A stretch of DNA of 43,256 bases from Asterionella formosa (taxonomy: Eukaryota). The DNA is taken from positions 1 through 43,256 of the forward strand of contig NKIB01014448.1 in assembly GCA_002256025.1 (NCBI GenBank), given 5' to 3'. The notes beneath the pieces were generated by a model that was not told the DNA's origin, ran no database searches, and saw only the letters and a list, made by a program, of their open reading frames with translations. Shown here in pieces: positions 11,810-24,895 of this stretch (the stretch's first letter is position 1; the number at the start of each line of letters is the position of its first letter). The translations under genes were made by a program, and so were the position numbers.

Positions 11810-13085
11810 GCTTCCTGGGAGAGACCCACACAGGTAGCTTCTTGCAATGCCGGGCGGGTAGGCTCCTCCCACCTACCAGTACAAAGGATAAAAATAATAA
11901 TTGGGCAATTCCAGATCCAGCTATTGTCTTGTAACTCGGGTACTTCTAAGTCATTTTGAAACTCTAAGTAGTTTCTTAAGTAATTTTTATATAAGGGCAA
12001 TATGGGGCACATCGAATTTTTCGACAGTAAAATTGCCGATATTAGCATGACAGCAAGAATAACAGTAATATACCACATAGAAATGGAAATCAAGCATCAA
12101 ACACACGAGAATGACTGTAACAACATACAATATCAATGACAATTGAATGTGATGCTTGGAGCAACCAAAGTATGATATGCAATGTAATAAGTAGCGTCAA
12201 ATGAGAAATAGAAGAAATTGTTTCTGGTTAGAAATGAAGTAATTAATATGAGTTTCAGTGGCGGAGACGTAAGCATTGGAGTACTTACACAGGAAACATT
12301 GACTTTGATCCATTACACAATCAGAGAGAGAAATATTACAGAAAAGAACAAAAAAGATGAACCCACCTGAGATCTGCATCGTTATGTAGTGTAGATGATC
12401 TGGTTGCTGCAACTATGCACATAGCTGTAGCCTGACACTATAAGTAGGAGTGCTTTTGCCCACAGTTTTTCCTCCAACCAAACAACCCTGATCATTCCAT
12501 TCCATTTTGAGCGAGCGTGATCACCACCAGGCTGCTCCACTATTGACTCCCTCTAGCTGAATATTGATATGTAGCTTGTGATACGAAGTAGAAAGGTAGC
12601 AAAGCGCTTTAGTACAAGAAAAGCATTGCTTGGCAGTAATTTTGACATCATGGTCCATGACTAGCTATATAAGAAATCAACCAACAAGATCAAGAACAAT
12701 GCGTCTTCAAGGGATAGGTATTGATACATACATCGGCCTTTGTGTAGTTACAATCGAACCAAAACGACAGTAAAGAACGACAAACAACAACAATGGAAGC
12801 GATCAAAACAGACAATGGAAGCAATCAAATCGCAAAATGGACATATAGTATCTACATTCCACATGAAGTGTTTCACTGTTATACTCACCAATCCGCTCCA
12901 ACTAGCATAACAAGCAGCAGACGATGAGAACAAGAGAAAGTCGAAAGGTCCTTGTTGCAAGCCTAAATTGAGCAATGGCAGGCAGGATAGAGTGAGAATT
13001 AAAATTGCGAGGACGAAATCGGGCATGCATAAAATAAATGAATATCTGAAACAAATAATTTAACACACAATTCTTGTAAAGATAA

Positions 13086-13437
13086 AGTATAAAGTTTAAT
13101 ATGTTTTATAGCCCATTCGTACTCCTATTTCTAGGCAAGCATTTTTCATTGTGCTACCTGCCAAAAAAACCTGTGCTTCCCTCCTTTCTTAGCGTAGGTG
13201 AGTCCCCAACCACCTTTCGCGAAAGGCGATGGTCTGAACCGCGGCGTTAGGGTAAATTCCGACCGCCTAGGAAGGCAGCACAAGCTGCTTGTTTTACCAA
13301 GCAAGACCATACAGGAGGAGGGTAAGGAGTGTGGGATTCAAAACCAACAATTGCTTCTCAAATAAATTGCGGAAATTGAACCACACAGCCTCAGATCAAA
13401 GGTAACGTGCTTAACCACTAAGCTATTGTTCTCTTAG
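13086..13437 (-). mobile_element. tRNA-derived SINE family A, full-length, with 14-bp TSD
   Basis: Minus-strand A-box TAGCTTAGTGG (13425-13415) and B-box GGTTCAATTTCC (13382-13371), with an AT-rich tail. Direct repeat TCTTGTAAAGATAA at 13072-13085 and 13438-13451. Second copy at about 9.7-10.0 kb. Confidence 0.85.
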
Positions 13438-14126
13438 TCTTGTAAAGATAATACCAAGTCTACAGCATAAATGTTACAACGTGTTCAATGTACACGTTAA
13501 AGTTTAGCTTAATCCATGTGTGGCTGTTTTAAGTACCCGTAAGTATGTAGGCTAGATGACTAGAATACCAGTTAAGCATCATATACAGGACCGGAGCAAA
13601 ATCTTGCTGCCAACATCAGATATACCGATATCATCATTGATCCGAAAATATGGATGATGCAACTACATGAATCCCATGAGAAGAAAAGGAATCTAACAAC
13701 CAACCGCATCTGTTTGGAACAAATCGCTACTGGCGTCATCAATGAACTTACTTCGCTTCAGACTGGGCATGATGGATGTTGATTGGCATGGTGAAAGGTG
13801 GATTACCGGAGTCACTTTTCAGCCGACGAGATAAAACAAGGGGATACTATGTATATTTTAATCAACTCTGTAGAGTATATAAAAGAGTTTCCTTAAGTAG
13901 ACCCTTGCCAAATTCGGCAATCCCAGCTAGGGCTGGAAAACCGAGGGGCAATTGGCGTAAATTGACTTGCCAACCGAAATGCTAGCATATGAAATATCTA
14001 TGATATGGAAATTGACATTTAAGCTTAATGAGTGGTCAGTAGGTAAGCGATGGCGCAATGATGCATAGATAATGTGTGAATTGCCTCAACAATCCCCTTC
14101 TTGGTGGCTACATGCCTTTTCGTGCA

Positions 14127-14226
14127 CATGTGTAATCACAAGCATGAGACCACCTAGGGCGTTTATTGCCGTCAGCATGTGTAATCACAGGCATGAGACC
14201 ACCTCGGGCGTGTATTGCCTTCAGCA
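14127..14226. repeat. 49-bp tandem duplication
   Basis: CATGTGTAATCACA(A/G)GCATGAGACCACCT(A/C)GGGCGT(T/G)TATTGCC(G/T)TCAG at 14127 and 14176. Confidence 0.85.
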
Positions 14227-14661
14227 ATTCACAACTTATGTAGCTATCATACCTTTCATTGGAGTGCTTTTTGCCACAATATTCCCCTTTAAGGTACCAA
14301 GTAACATCATTGAAAAATATTTTGGTACCGGAGTTACCAATTGCCCTTCACATCGTCTAACAGATATTTTGTATTTTTCATAGATTCATTCAGTATTTGA
14401 ATAATGGTACTCAATTCTGCAATTGCCCTTCTTATAAAATTTATTATGAATAGTTAATATGGTTATGCTTCGCTTTTGGATTGCGAGTAGATTACCATCA
14501 ACATTTTCAATAGCCCCTAGATTGGCCTGCTGAAACGGACAGTTTTTTAGGGTACTGTTATCTAAATAAAGCCCCGCGATTTGCCTGCCATTTACTTAAG
14601 TAACAAAGGACTGCCAAAATTGGAAGAGAGTACGATGAACATTGAAAAGGCACAAAGTATT

Positions 14662-14996
14662 GGTTTCTGTTAAGTGTCAATGTTAATTCCAATATATGTG
14701 CTCAGACCCATACAAACTGTGTTCGCTGATGAATCAAGTAACAACTCATACAAACTGTTTTCATTGATGAATCTAGTAACAATTCTTCATTAATTGGATG
14801 TGCCTTGTTTTTGGATGATTTGACTTTTGGTGGAATCCATATCATCACCAAAGTGATGATGGTTTTCTGTTAAGTGTCGATGGAAATTCCATTATATGTA
14901 TCCCTGCTATCTTCCAGCACATTGAATCAAGTAACAATTAGTCATTAATTGGATGTGGCTGCTTTTGGATGATTTGACTTTTATCCATATCGTCAC
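14662..14996. repeat. Diverged duplication (~200-bp period) with a nested ~38-bp duplication
   Basis: TTTCTGTTAAGTGTC at about 14664 and 14864; TCATTAATTGGATGTG...TTTTGGATGATTT twice; CATACAAACTG...GATGAATC.AGTAACAA twice within 14709-14782. Confidence 0.7.
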
Positions 14997-17020
14997 ATCC
15001 TCCTTGCTTCATTGTTGCATCAGCAATGCCAAAATTTTGGTTCCTCTTTCTGTTGATTTCCAAAAGCCATTTTGATCACCTCCTTCTCTAAATTTGATAG
15101 ATAATAATCAATCAGACAATTATTCTTCAATAGCAACCTTGATCAGCCAGTTATTTGGTATAAAAAATCAAAACATTACTATAGAAGGTTCAAGTTAGGC
15201 TTCCATCTTGTCACTGACTTAATGTTTTCATCAAATATAATCAGCTGTTAAATTTAAAATATAATTTCGTATATTTGTTTTCTATGTGACCTACCCTATC
15301 TCAAGTCAGATCTCAGCAGCAAGTTTTTGTGCTTAGTATTATTGGCTTTTCCATTGCCTTATAATAGCAGTGTTTGATTGTTTTCTTATCACAATATTAC
15401 TTTGTTTACTTTCATATGATCATCCTCAAAGACAACGAAAAGTCGTCAATCCCAATGAGCTATCTCAAACTCAACAAAGTAGATGGGACATGATGAGAAC
15501 TGGTGCTCTGCCTTAACTCATATTGCCTCATGTTGCACAAGCAAGAGACAACGTGTATGTGCTTTCTTGATTGTGGTTGTCATGTTTGACTTGTTTTCGT
15601 CATGGTCTATCATACCAATTATAGTAAACATTTCTTTCTCTTTAGAACTTGGTCAAAAGCTTTCGATTCTGCTATGCCTCCTCTTCCTTATGCTGTCAAC
15701 AAAAACTCTTGGTGATGAGCAAAGGTATGTCAACTGTTTATTGTCCTTATTGTTTCCGTCATCAAATTTTGTCAGTTTGCTTCCATGATCTCAAACCATC
15801 CCATCCCATATCATTCCATTATACAGTTGAACTTGAATATACTTTTGCCGCCAATAATTTGTCACTTCCTTTTGAATTTTGGAGTGATCATGACGATTTC
15901 AATGACACTGACTCTGGATCTGGCTCTAAAACACAAAGGAATGAAAGAGATGTAGACCCGTTCAAGCACATTGGGCAAGGGCGTGTTAAGAGCCTGCTGG
16001 CTGGTGTGTGATCCAAAAGTGGTTCCTATTTATAGTGGGGACAGATTGTACTATGGAAAAACCAGAAAGTGGTCAAGCTCTTAAACTGGTAATCCTTTTT
16101 TTTACCAGTAAACCAGAAAGTTATCTTGTTTTGTTGTTAGGGTCGTTCATAGTGCCCAATAGGGACTAACCTTATTTGTTCCAAAAATGTTTGTATTCAA
16201 CAAGAAATTGACGGGAATCTAGGGCGACCTAATTATTAACTTTGATAACCGGATGGTGATTTGGTATTTGACATGTCAGCAACGCACTTGGTATGAGTAC
16301 CGGAATGCTCCATTGTGGACTGAGACGTCACGCTACTATGTAAATCATGATTCCAGTATATTTCGTTTTCAGGAAGTGAGATATTTTGCCACGATACGAA
16401 CTCGGAGTTGCACATTTCTCGTAAATCATATCATTTGGCTAGTCAGTAGCTATATGTGGGCTCGAGTCTTGGATTGGTTGGAAAGTAAGAACAGCAAGAC
16501 AAAAAATTAAAGGAGTTGTGATGCAACAGTAACTGACTGTTACGCCCCATACTTCTTATCCTACGACCCACTTGTCATTTAATTCCTCCTCAGTAGCCAA
16601 ACAAGCTTCGTACCGTATAAGAATCACCCATCAATCCCGACTTTTAACGTAGTGTATTTGATTTCGCTTTCGCATAAATATTTGGCCACCAAAGCATTGG
16701 CGTGTATGCATCGCGTCCTTTAATCACTTGTGTTTGCACTGTTTCGGAAAGGAAAGTTTACGAATGTTTTGTACGTCCGCCTTTCGCTGCTGTATGGAGT
16801 CTCCCTTGCGGCATTGAATCGTTTGGATTTCTGGCGGGTGATCCTCGATTCTCACTGTAAAACTTGGCTTCCTCCGCATGACCGAATCTTGAGTCGTGTC
16901 CGCCACTGTAATAAGAAGGGTATCCGTTTGGTCCTGGTGGTGGGTAATCTGACAGAGAAAGAGAGAAGTTATTAGTTCGAAAGTTACGCGTATAAAAAGG
17001 AGTTGAGACAAGTCATCACA

Positions 17021-18271
17021 TCACGTACCATGATATGCACCCGTGTGTCCTCCAGCACCATACACTCCATAAGCTCCGGGAGGTCCGTATGCATCACTGC
17101 CATAGGATGGATAGAAGCCGTACGGTGGCGGATACCCATCGTTTGTTGGGTAACCTCCTGCTCCATCTCTCGGATCTGCACCAGTTCCCGAGTACGGTTG
17201 GAAATATGGAGGTGCAGCAGCTCCATAAGGAGGGGGATACATCTCCTGAGGATATTGTGAGTAGTGAGAAGGTGGATATGAAAATCCCACCGCATCGTTG
17301 GTCCCTAACGATGGGCCGTCATTAGGATTGTCTTGCAAATGTTCGTCGCGTCCAGTGAAGGCAGCGCTCTTGTTATTGTTCGCCGCTACAGTCCTGAGCG
17401 CCATATCTTCTCGAACTTTGCGCTGTTGGAACATTTCTCGCTCCGAATTTTCGCGCCAAACGGCAATGGCGGATTTGTATTCTTGCCGTAGTGAGAATTC
17501 TTGATCAATGTGTGTCTTTTTGTCATTTTCTGCCGCGTCCTTCCAGAGCTGTGCAAGGACTCGGCTTATCTCTGCATTGGTCAAGTTTGGATTAGCTTCC
17601 TTGACTTCAGCTCGTTTTGCGTGACTGAAGGACAGAAATGCTGACATTGGTCGTTTCGGAGCATTTGGGTCTTTGATAGCTCGTTTCTTTGCCGGAACTT
17701 TCCATGGTCCGGTATACATGGTCTTCTCTACTTCATATCGTGCTTTGTCTTGGCTTGCCCGTTCCTCCCACGCATCGCGTTCCGACTGGGATAAAGCCTT
17801 CCATGCTTTTGACACCATTTTCGCAATCGATGTTGTCTGCTCAGTGAAAGAAGGTATAATACCGTAAGTCAATTCGTTTTGGAGTTTGTCCAATGATACA
17901 ATAATACAGAAAACGCACAAGACAATGAAGATTCAACATAACACAGTTAGCACGCATGTCTATTCGAGAGCATTCTACACAGTGATGGCACCTGAAATGA
18001 ATAACACGTTAACGAGCGTGATGAACTAATGTAAGCGTCAACATACCTTTTCGGTTGTACCTTTAGCAGCGAGTTCTTCTCGAATGGATCGATGCTTTTC
18101 CGTACTGAAGAACATGTATGCTGACTTGAAGCGTCGAGGTGCTCCCGGCGCCTTTTTGTACTTGACTCGATTCGACTTCTTCGCACTAATGGTGGCCTTT
18201 GTCGCCACTTGCGGAGACTCCTCTTCGTCATGATCGTCCATCTCGTCGCTACTAGGTGAAGCTGTCTTCAT
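17021..18271 (-). CDS. Two-box HMG protein with a P/Y/G-rich C-terminal tail (2 exons, ~346 aa)
   Basis: Exon 1 18271-18047 (KAPGAPRRFKSAYMFFS...), donor AAG|GTATGT; intron 18046-17837 ending CAG; exon 2 17836-17021 in frame. Exon 2 completes box 1 (IAKMVSKAWKALSQSERDAWEERASQDKARYE) and carries box 2 (KDPNAPKRPMSAFLSFS...ISRVLAQLWK). Confidence 0.9.
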
Positions 18272-19629
18272 GGGCACAACTACTATCACGGTGCCCGTTC
18301 AAAACCAACAAACGATATGAGGAACTCCACCTGTATGCAGAGAGATCGATTCCAGTGGGTGGAGCAAGGCAGGAGATGAGACGACAGTCAATGGCAACGT
18401 ATTTTGGAATCAACACAACGGAAGGTCCAACTAAACAGCCAGTGACGCGCACTATCGATTATCCGAAGAAAAAGGTCGGGGCTGTTGTGGACAAAGTGGG
18501 GTTTGTGTGTTTGTGGAACAAACAAAGAAAATAAAAAACCACACCTTTCGCTTTGTTCGCCGAGAAAATCCTTGTAGATCGGATAACATTCAGAAACAAT
18601 GAGGATAGTGAATCGATCTGCAATCCAACGTTGACAAGTATGTGTATACTGCAAGATTTACCTTTCTGATTTATATATTTTTCACCTGGTGGCGCCGTTA
18701 TTTATGCGACAGTTGCGTTCGAATTGCTCTTGATTTACATTACGGTAATATATACCGCGTATATGTTTATATTCAAGGGAGTTATTATGGACAGGGTCGC
18801 TCTCCTACCAAGTACCTGGTACCTGTCGTAATTTCCCAATCATATCGCCGGCCATCCGATTTCGCATGTGCCTACGGACATACACATGATTGCGTCGATT
18901 CTATAAATGATGCTCTCTATTTGTAAATGTCACTGAGTATTGGGCAGGCAGCGAGTGAGATTGTTAAGTGTACGGTAGTCGAGTCACAATGACTGTCGCT
19001 TCTGGCAACCAACAGTGATCGAATTATATACATTACACAGTACCGGTATACCTTTCGGTCCTAGCGTGAACTGTTTGTTACGCAAATTAATTTGAATGCG
19101 TCGATAGGGAGTACGAGTAGGAGAACCAGGTAATTATTAAATATATAAAAGCAACGAATTCCAGAAGGGCTACCGGTACTGCTAAATGATTTAAAAGAAA
19201 TGCCGGTAGGTACATTATGTAGTGGTACCCGCATTTACAGGTCCAGTCTATGTAACCGGTGGCATGAGACCGGGTACCGGTATGTGATCTGACGAATTTT
19301 TCTTTGTGACATGCATCCTTTTACTTTTCTTCGTATATATGCAATAGCCACTACGTACCGGTATAGTCCAGCGTGCAGACCAAGGAAATCCATTGTGGCG
19401 CCGTACCACTCCGGCGTATAACAGCAGGTTTCCGTTACTACCAGGTGAGGTACCTGGTACTCAGGTTGGAGTGCCAGGTACCCAACATTTGACTTTTGGT
19501 GCACGGCCGAAAGAAGTCTGTACGCAGGCATGTAACAGGATACCTGGCACACTCCCAACATTTGCCCCACAGCAGGTTCTTCGTATGATTGCTGGCTGCA
19601 CTTTGCACACGACCATCACGGTACTTACA

Positions 19630-19716
19630 CCTTGCAAGTTGCGGTCATTTTGCTTAACTAACATTTTAATCTAGGATAAAGGTAGCTAAATCTTTTATTT
19701 CAGCAAAACCAGCGCA
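19630..19716. mobile_element. Second, inverted copy of the ~95-bp MITE
   Basis: GCAAGTTGCGGTCATTTTGCTTAACTAACATTTTAATCTAGGATAAAG...TTTCAGCAAAA matches the reverse complement of 4979-5069. A solo TIR AGTTGCGGTCATTTTGCCGAAACTGA also occurs at 20251. Confidence 0.75.
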
Positions 19717-20462
19717 CGAAATCAAGAAACTAAATATGCAGCAGTCCATTCGCTTTCGTAGATAAAGAGAGAACGAGGGCTTGAAAAATAGACGCACTCT
19801 GCCGTTATAGATACAATCGCAACCGTTTTTGAATGTTTGACCACGCGTAGCTTGAAGTTCGGGTGTTTTTGTAGGCACTGACAGCCTGGCGCAATATTGA
19901 TGAATAATGATTATACGTAATTGGAGCTGGGGTCATTTGACTGACAAAGACAACTGTGACTCGATTACACTAAACAATTCCTATTATTGCCTCACCAGTT
20001 CACTATTCATAGTAGATGAAGGTGGAAAGGACGAAGGTTGGTTTTGATACAATGGTTTTCCTATTTATCGGGAACGACAACAGGTACCTTTTATAGCGAC
20101 TGGTCCTGACAACCTACCGGTAGGGCAGTTTTGACGGTACCAGGGTGCAGGGTACCGTACCTGGTACCTGATACCTGGTACTTCACCTTGATTGAACGTT
20201 CCTGTCGTTTACGTGAAGTTATTTTTCGGTTGGTACCTGGTACCAGCAACAGTTGCGGTCATTTTGCCGAAACTGAAACGCGGCGCCGGCAGCCAGGCAC
20301 TCAAATTCTTCTCCTTCCACGGAACATTAATATTGGGCTCGCTCTGATAATGGGCGCGCTTCGAAATTAAAAAATACATTCGATCATGTCTATGTATGAA
20401 TAATTACTGGTATAACACAAATCGTTGTACTCATAGCCCAAAATTTTTTGAGTTTGTGAAAT

Positions 20463-20518
20463 TTTTATTAGTCCAGTTCACACCTCAAGGTTTTATTAGT
20501 CCAGTTCACACCTCAAGG
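20463..20518. repeat. Exact 28-bp tandem duplication
   Basis: TTTTATTAGTCCAGTTCACACCTCAAGG at 20463-20490 and 20491-20518. Confidence 0.9.
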
Positions 20519-20878
20519 TGCAAACAATAGTTACCAAATTTGGTCAACTCAAAAACAAGCTATTTTACAGTTATAAATAACAGTGTGATTATAAAATTAT
20601 ATATAGGCATATAAACTCCCAGATATCTTTAAGACTTGCTTGCTCATTCCAGAAATGGCTTGCTCTCACCCAAAAGGTATACTGGCAGCAAAAGAGTCAA
20701 AGGATTGTTTTCCTTTTTGCCAATGATGTGAACAGTCCCCTGGCAGGTATTGTTTACCTTAATTGTGTCAAAGATTTCCATTGCTAGCCTTTTATTCTCC
20801 ATTATAATGCAGCATATTGCCACTCTTATTTTCCATGGCTATCACCTGGTAGTATATAAAACTGAAAAGATCCACTCT

Positions 20879-21127
20879 GCGATTTTTTAAGTCAATTAAA
20901 TGTTACAGAATGTAAAAGTTATCCAATTAATTGCAATTGTACCCACTTGAATGGACACCACAATTTGTACCAGTTTTATGTATCATCCATATGGTACAAT
21001 GGGACCCATCTCCTTGTCAGCCACACCCTCTGGAACCCTAGTAGGGACTACATAAAAGAATGTCAGGTGGAGGATACACAAATCTAACCCGTCAGCTCAT
21101 GAGGTGTGCTAACCACTAAGCCATTCC
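20879..21127 (-). mobile_element. tRNA-derived SINE family B with 17-bp TSD
   Basis: Exact direct repeat CTGAAAAGATCCACTCT at 20862-20878 and 21128-21144. The minus strand begins GGAATGGCTTAGTGGTTAGC (A-box), followed by a degenerate B-box GGTTAGATTTG. The body shows no visible similarity to family A. Confidence 0.7.
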
Positions 21128-23730
21128 CTGAAAAGATCCACTCTATCCTTTCTAAAAGAAAATATTTTGTTTCTGGATGAATATTAACTTAAGAGTCTTG
21201 AGGAATTAAAGGTAGGATGGCATTTTGGCAAAAGTAGCTTCACCGTCTTGGATGACAGCATAAAATGTTGGCTGGATTTGCTACTGTGCCCAGAGGTTTC
21301 CAAGACATTCTTAGACTATCAAATACACAGCCAAGGGATCAAGTATGCAAAATTTGGAAATGAAAGAAAAACAGTCGCATACGTCATCAGCTCTAGCAAG
21401 AGCACTGCATAAGCAACTTATCAAGCCATGGTGAACGTTCTGACTATTTGGTCAGATTACACTGTGGCTTTTGTCAGCTATCAGGCACTAAATTTTGCAG
21501 CAAGTTAGGATTACAAAGGCATCATGTAGTGGTAATAGATTCAACAAAAATGGCTGACCACAAGTCTTAAAACCAAACAGATGACAGGTTTCTCAGATAC
21601 CGACACAAGTTTACAAATCCAGGGCAAGACAACTAGCTACATTTCATTTATGCTGAGTTGGTTGACTCCACAAGAAATTGTTTGATGTGCAATGCGGATC
21701 ACACAAAAGGAGGGGTCCGGGTTATTATATTTCCAGCTGTAATTGAAATCACAGCCTTAAAAAGAGTAAATGAATTCAATGATTTGCTGATGAAGGAGTT
21801 TGAAGGGAGCAGCCACCAAGATACTCCATGAAACAGTTCTCTTTGGGAGGCGCCACATCAGCAGAGGACAAGAAACAGAGTAGTGCACTTCTTCAACGAT
21901 TCAAAAAACACCGGCCATTGAACCCGACAACACAAGGCTCAACGATACTAGCTCCAACAGCTGCATCCGACATCACCAAAGAAATAGTTCATAAAACAAA
22001 GGCTTGGAAAACCTCAGGCCAAAGTGTATCTCAAATGACATCAGCTACAGACATTTCCAAACAGGGGACAGAAGATCAATCAGAAATGATAAAAAGCGCT
22101 GAAAGGAGGTGTCGGGACAATGATTCCCCCATCTCAGCCGTGAATACAAAATAGGGATTCATAGAAAGAGCAGACTGGATGAATTCATCGGCGATCGAGT
22201 GACTGCCTTGGCACAAGCATTAACTACACAATCCACCATGTCAACCCTGTATACTCAGGCAGATGTGACAATCTTGGCACAGGCAGCAATGGGATTGCAA
22301 ATGGAAAAAATAGTCCTCATGGTGCAGGCATTGTCAGCGGGACCACAACAATTACATGTCTCTAGCACATGACAGTTTCAGGTTTCGTCTCCGGAAAATA
22401 TCAGCATTAGTCAGCTCCAGCCAGACGATTGTCCAAATATCCATATTGGTCAAACCCAGGTGAGCGATCTACTAAGCAATCTGCGTGGATAGAGAGTTTA
22501 AAACAAAGGTGACACGTGATCACTCTCCCGAACGCGGAAATTCAATTGACTGGTAAACACCACTCCACGAGGAAAAGAAACTGGCGGGCAGCACCCAAAG
22601 CCCCACTCACTTGCGTCACAGCATAGAAAAATTAGGACTGGTGAACAACTTGCATCTAACAAGGATGATAGCTCTGTGTCACTGGTGGAATCCGACAGAT
22701 GTGACCTCAACAAGTGCGAATTCCCAGCCATTTATATCAAGGGCGACCAGATCAACATCTCAAAAGATGGGTTCAAAACTGAAAAAAAGAGGAACCTTTG
22801 AATCTCATTCCCAGGGCAGCCACACAAAACAAGAACGATTTTAATTGAATGACAGAGGTTTCCAACAACTACCGGTAATCGCAAGATCATTTGACGTCAA
22901 ATTTTTTACCAGTATTCATACTTCGGATTCTAACCCTAACCCTTTTTCACTTATATGTCACGTCCATGTTGGGGTGTAAACAACTAACAGACATTGTGTA
23001 TTCCAGAATAAGTACGAGTTCATATTACACATATTTAATTTTATGTTTTTGAAACTCTGGTCTGCTCGGCTGCAAGGCAGACATAGTTGAATTGAATCAC
23101 GGCTGGCTGTGATCGGCCAACTGCTCCATACGCACGCCCTCCCTCGTCGCTCGTTGTTGTTCTTGTTCCGCTGCCGGTCATCAAATTTTCCTCAATATGC
23201 GTTACGGTACTCGTAGGATGCTATCTTAGCGGTACTACTGTATATACATGATGGTGAGAAACACCGGCATTGGACACCATCACGTAACCAGAATAAATAT
23301 TTTAATAAATACAGTATTTCTGTAATATATTTTACTGTACGACAAAAATACCTTCCACATGTGCATTATGTACGGAAATGTACCTCAACAATACGTACAT
23401 AGCAAACAGTGGGAACAGCAGGGTGCTGATAAGGCCTGTGCACGTTTGGTCCATGATGATAGTGCACATTAAAGTGCACGTTTGGTTCTAGCGTCCACTA
23501 ATGAAACAAATGGCCAGCAGCAGTGAAAGTCATAAGCGTTGAACTCAAGTCCCCATAATTGACAACAGGTCTCTCGCTTTATAGTTGACATAATATAAGA
23601 TTATTGTGGCGAAAGTGATTTCGTAAACAGAAGAACAGAAAGCAGACAAAAGTGGACTATTCGCAAATTTTCGTCGTTTCAAAACACGAATAGAACTGAC
23701 AACCTTGTTCTGCTGGAATCGTTCGAGACG

Positions 23731-24895
23731 ATGCGATTGGGACTTGATAGACGCCGAAGCTCAGTCCGTAATTCTTCATTTTCTGAAGGAAGTGAACATT
23801 CCAGCATCGACCAACGAGCCCTCGCTGTTCCAGCCATGACGACCGAAATTGAAACAGTTCCCATGGAATTTGACGCAGTCTCCTTGGGGAGTATCGATTC
23901 CCTTTCGTCGATCGACGATCCATTGCTCCTCACAGGAAGGGGAGATAAGGCCACAAAAGGGGAATTACCTGTATTTTCTTCCAAGATAAAGGACGAACTG
24001 GAAGTAGCAAAATACATGGAGGCCCGTGAAATGACGCTGACGCAAGAGAGGTGGAATGCACTTACAATTTTACCAAGTCCAATATACTGTGTATACTACA
24101 TCTTATCCGGCCAATGGATCAGCGGAAAGTACGCTTCTGACGTAATCGTAGACCAGGACTTTGATCAATCTCAGTGCTTGACCAGTCCATGGTTCCCTCA
24201 CCATGCCCTTCCGCCCTGGCCTGTATTGTACATTGCAATTGCTATTTGCGTCCATGCACCCACCTCTTTCCTCTATCACTGGTTCTATGCAAATTACCTG
24301 CCTCCTTTAGCTCGGATTTCGCACTGGTCCAGGAGGTTGGACCATGTCTTTATACACGTTGCCTCTGCTTTGGTGTCCTACGGCACTAGTGGAAGCTGGG
24401 ATTACTTTTTGGCAAATGTCATGTTCAATGCAGATTGTATGTATCGGCAGTTTATGAAGAAGGTGAGTGTGTCGTCATGGATTTAATGAAGGTCAGTCAT
24501 AATTTCTTGAACAAGAATGGAGAAACCGACGGTCTACGACTCGTTTCACTACTGTGTGCATGATTTTGTGTTCCACCGCGACTCACACATCTGTTTCACT
24601 GCGGAAGGTCCGACCCCGCCATAATCAAGTACGTATTGGTATCTCAATTTTGGCCTACACCATACCTATTTTGAGACGAGGAGACGTGTTAATGTTCGGC
24701 AAGTGTTGGATCATTATTTTCATGAGTGGTTGGTTGTTTGCCAAATATCCTTTGAAGGGATGGTCCCATTCTGCCTTTCATGTGGTGATCGCGCTGCTTC
24801 CAATCTTTTTGATGCAGGTAGCTGTTGAGCTGCCTGTTTCTCAAGAGCAAATCAGTTTGGCTGTTCAGTGTGCAGCCACCAATGGAGGTGTATAG
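23731..24895 (+). CDS. CREST-superfamily (PAQR/HlyIII/alkaline-ceramidase-like) multi-pass membrane protein (2 exons, ~339 aa)
   Basis: Exon 1 23731-24462 (AAG|GTGAGT); exon 2 24608-24895 (AAG|GTC) in frame. Multiple TM segments with the motifs SFLYH (SxxxH), RRLDH and HSAFH (HxxxH) in CREST order. Confidence 0.75.

Noticed and set aside
13371..13432. tRNA gene (also 21079-21127)
   Set aside because: A and B boxes are present, but I could not build a convincing cloverleaf, and both are fused to longer bodies flanked by TSDs, so they are SINE heads.
21200..22850. Stop-riddled coding-like stretch including ORF 21828-22154, possibly a LINE ORF1 relic
   Set aside because: No diagnostic motif recognised; it needs a tBLASTx or HMM search.
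22930..22942. Telomere-like CTAACCCTAACCC
   Set aside because: Only two units and internal, so too short to call.
23438..23486. Three GTGCAC sites (two as GTGCACGTTTGGT) upstream of the CREST gene
   Set aside because: A small local duplication explains it equally well; no evidence of regulatory function.
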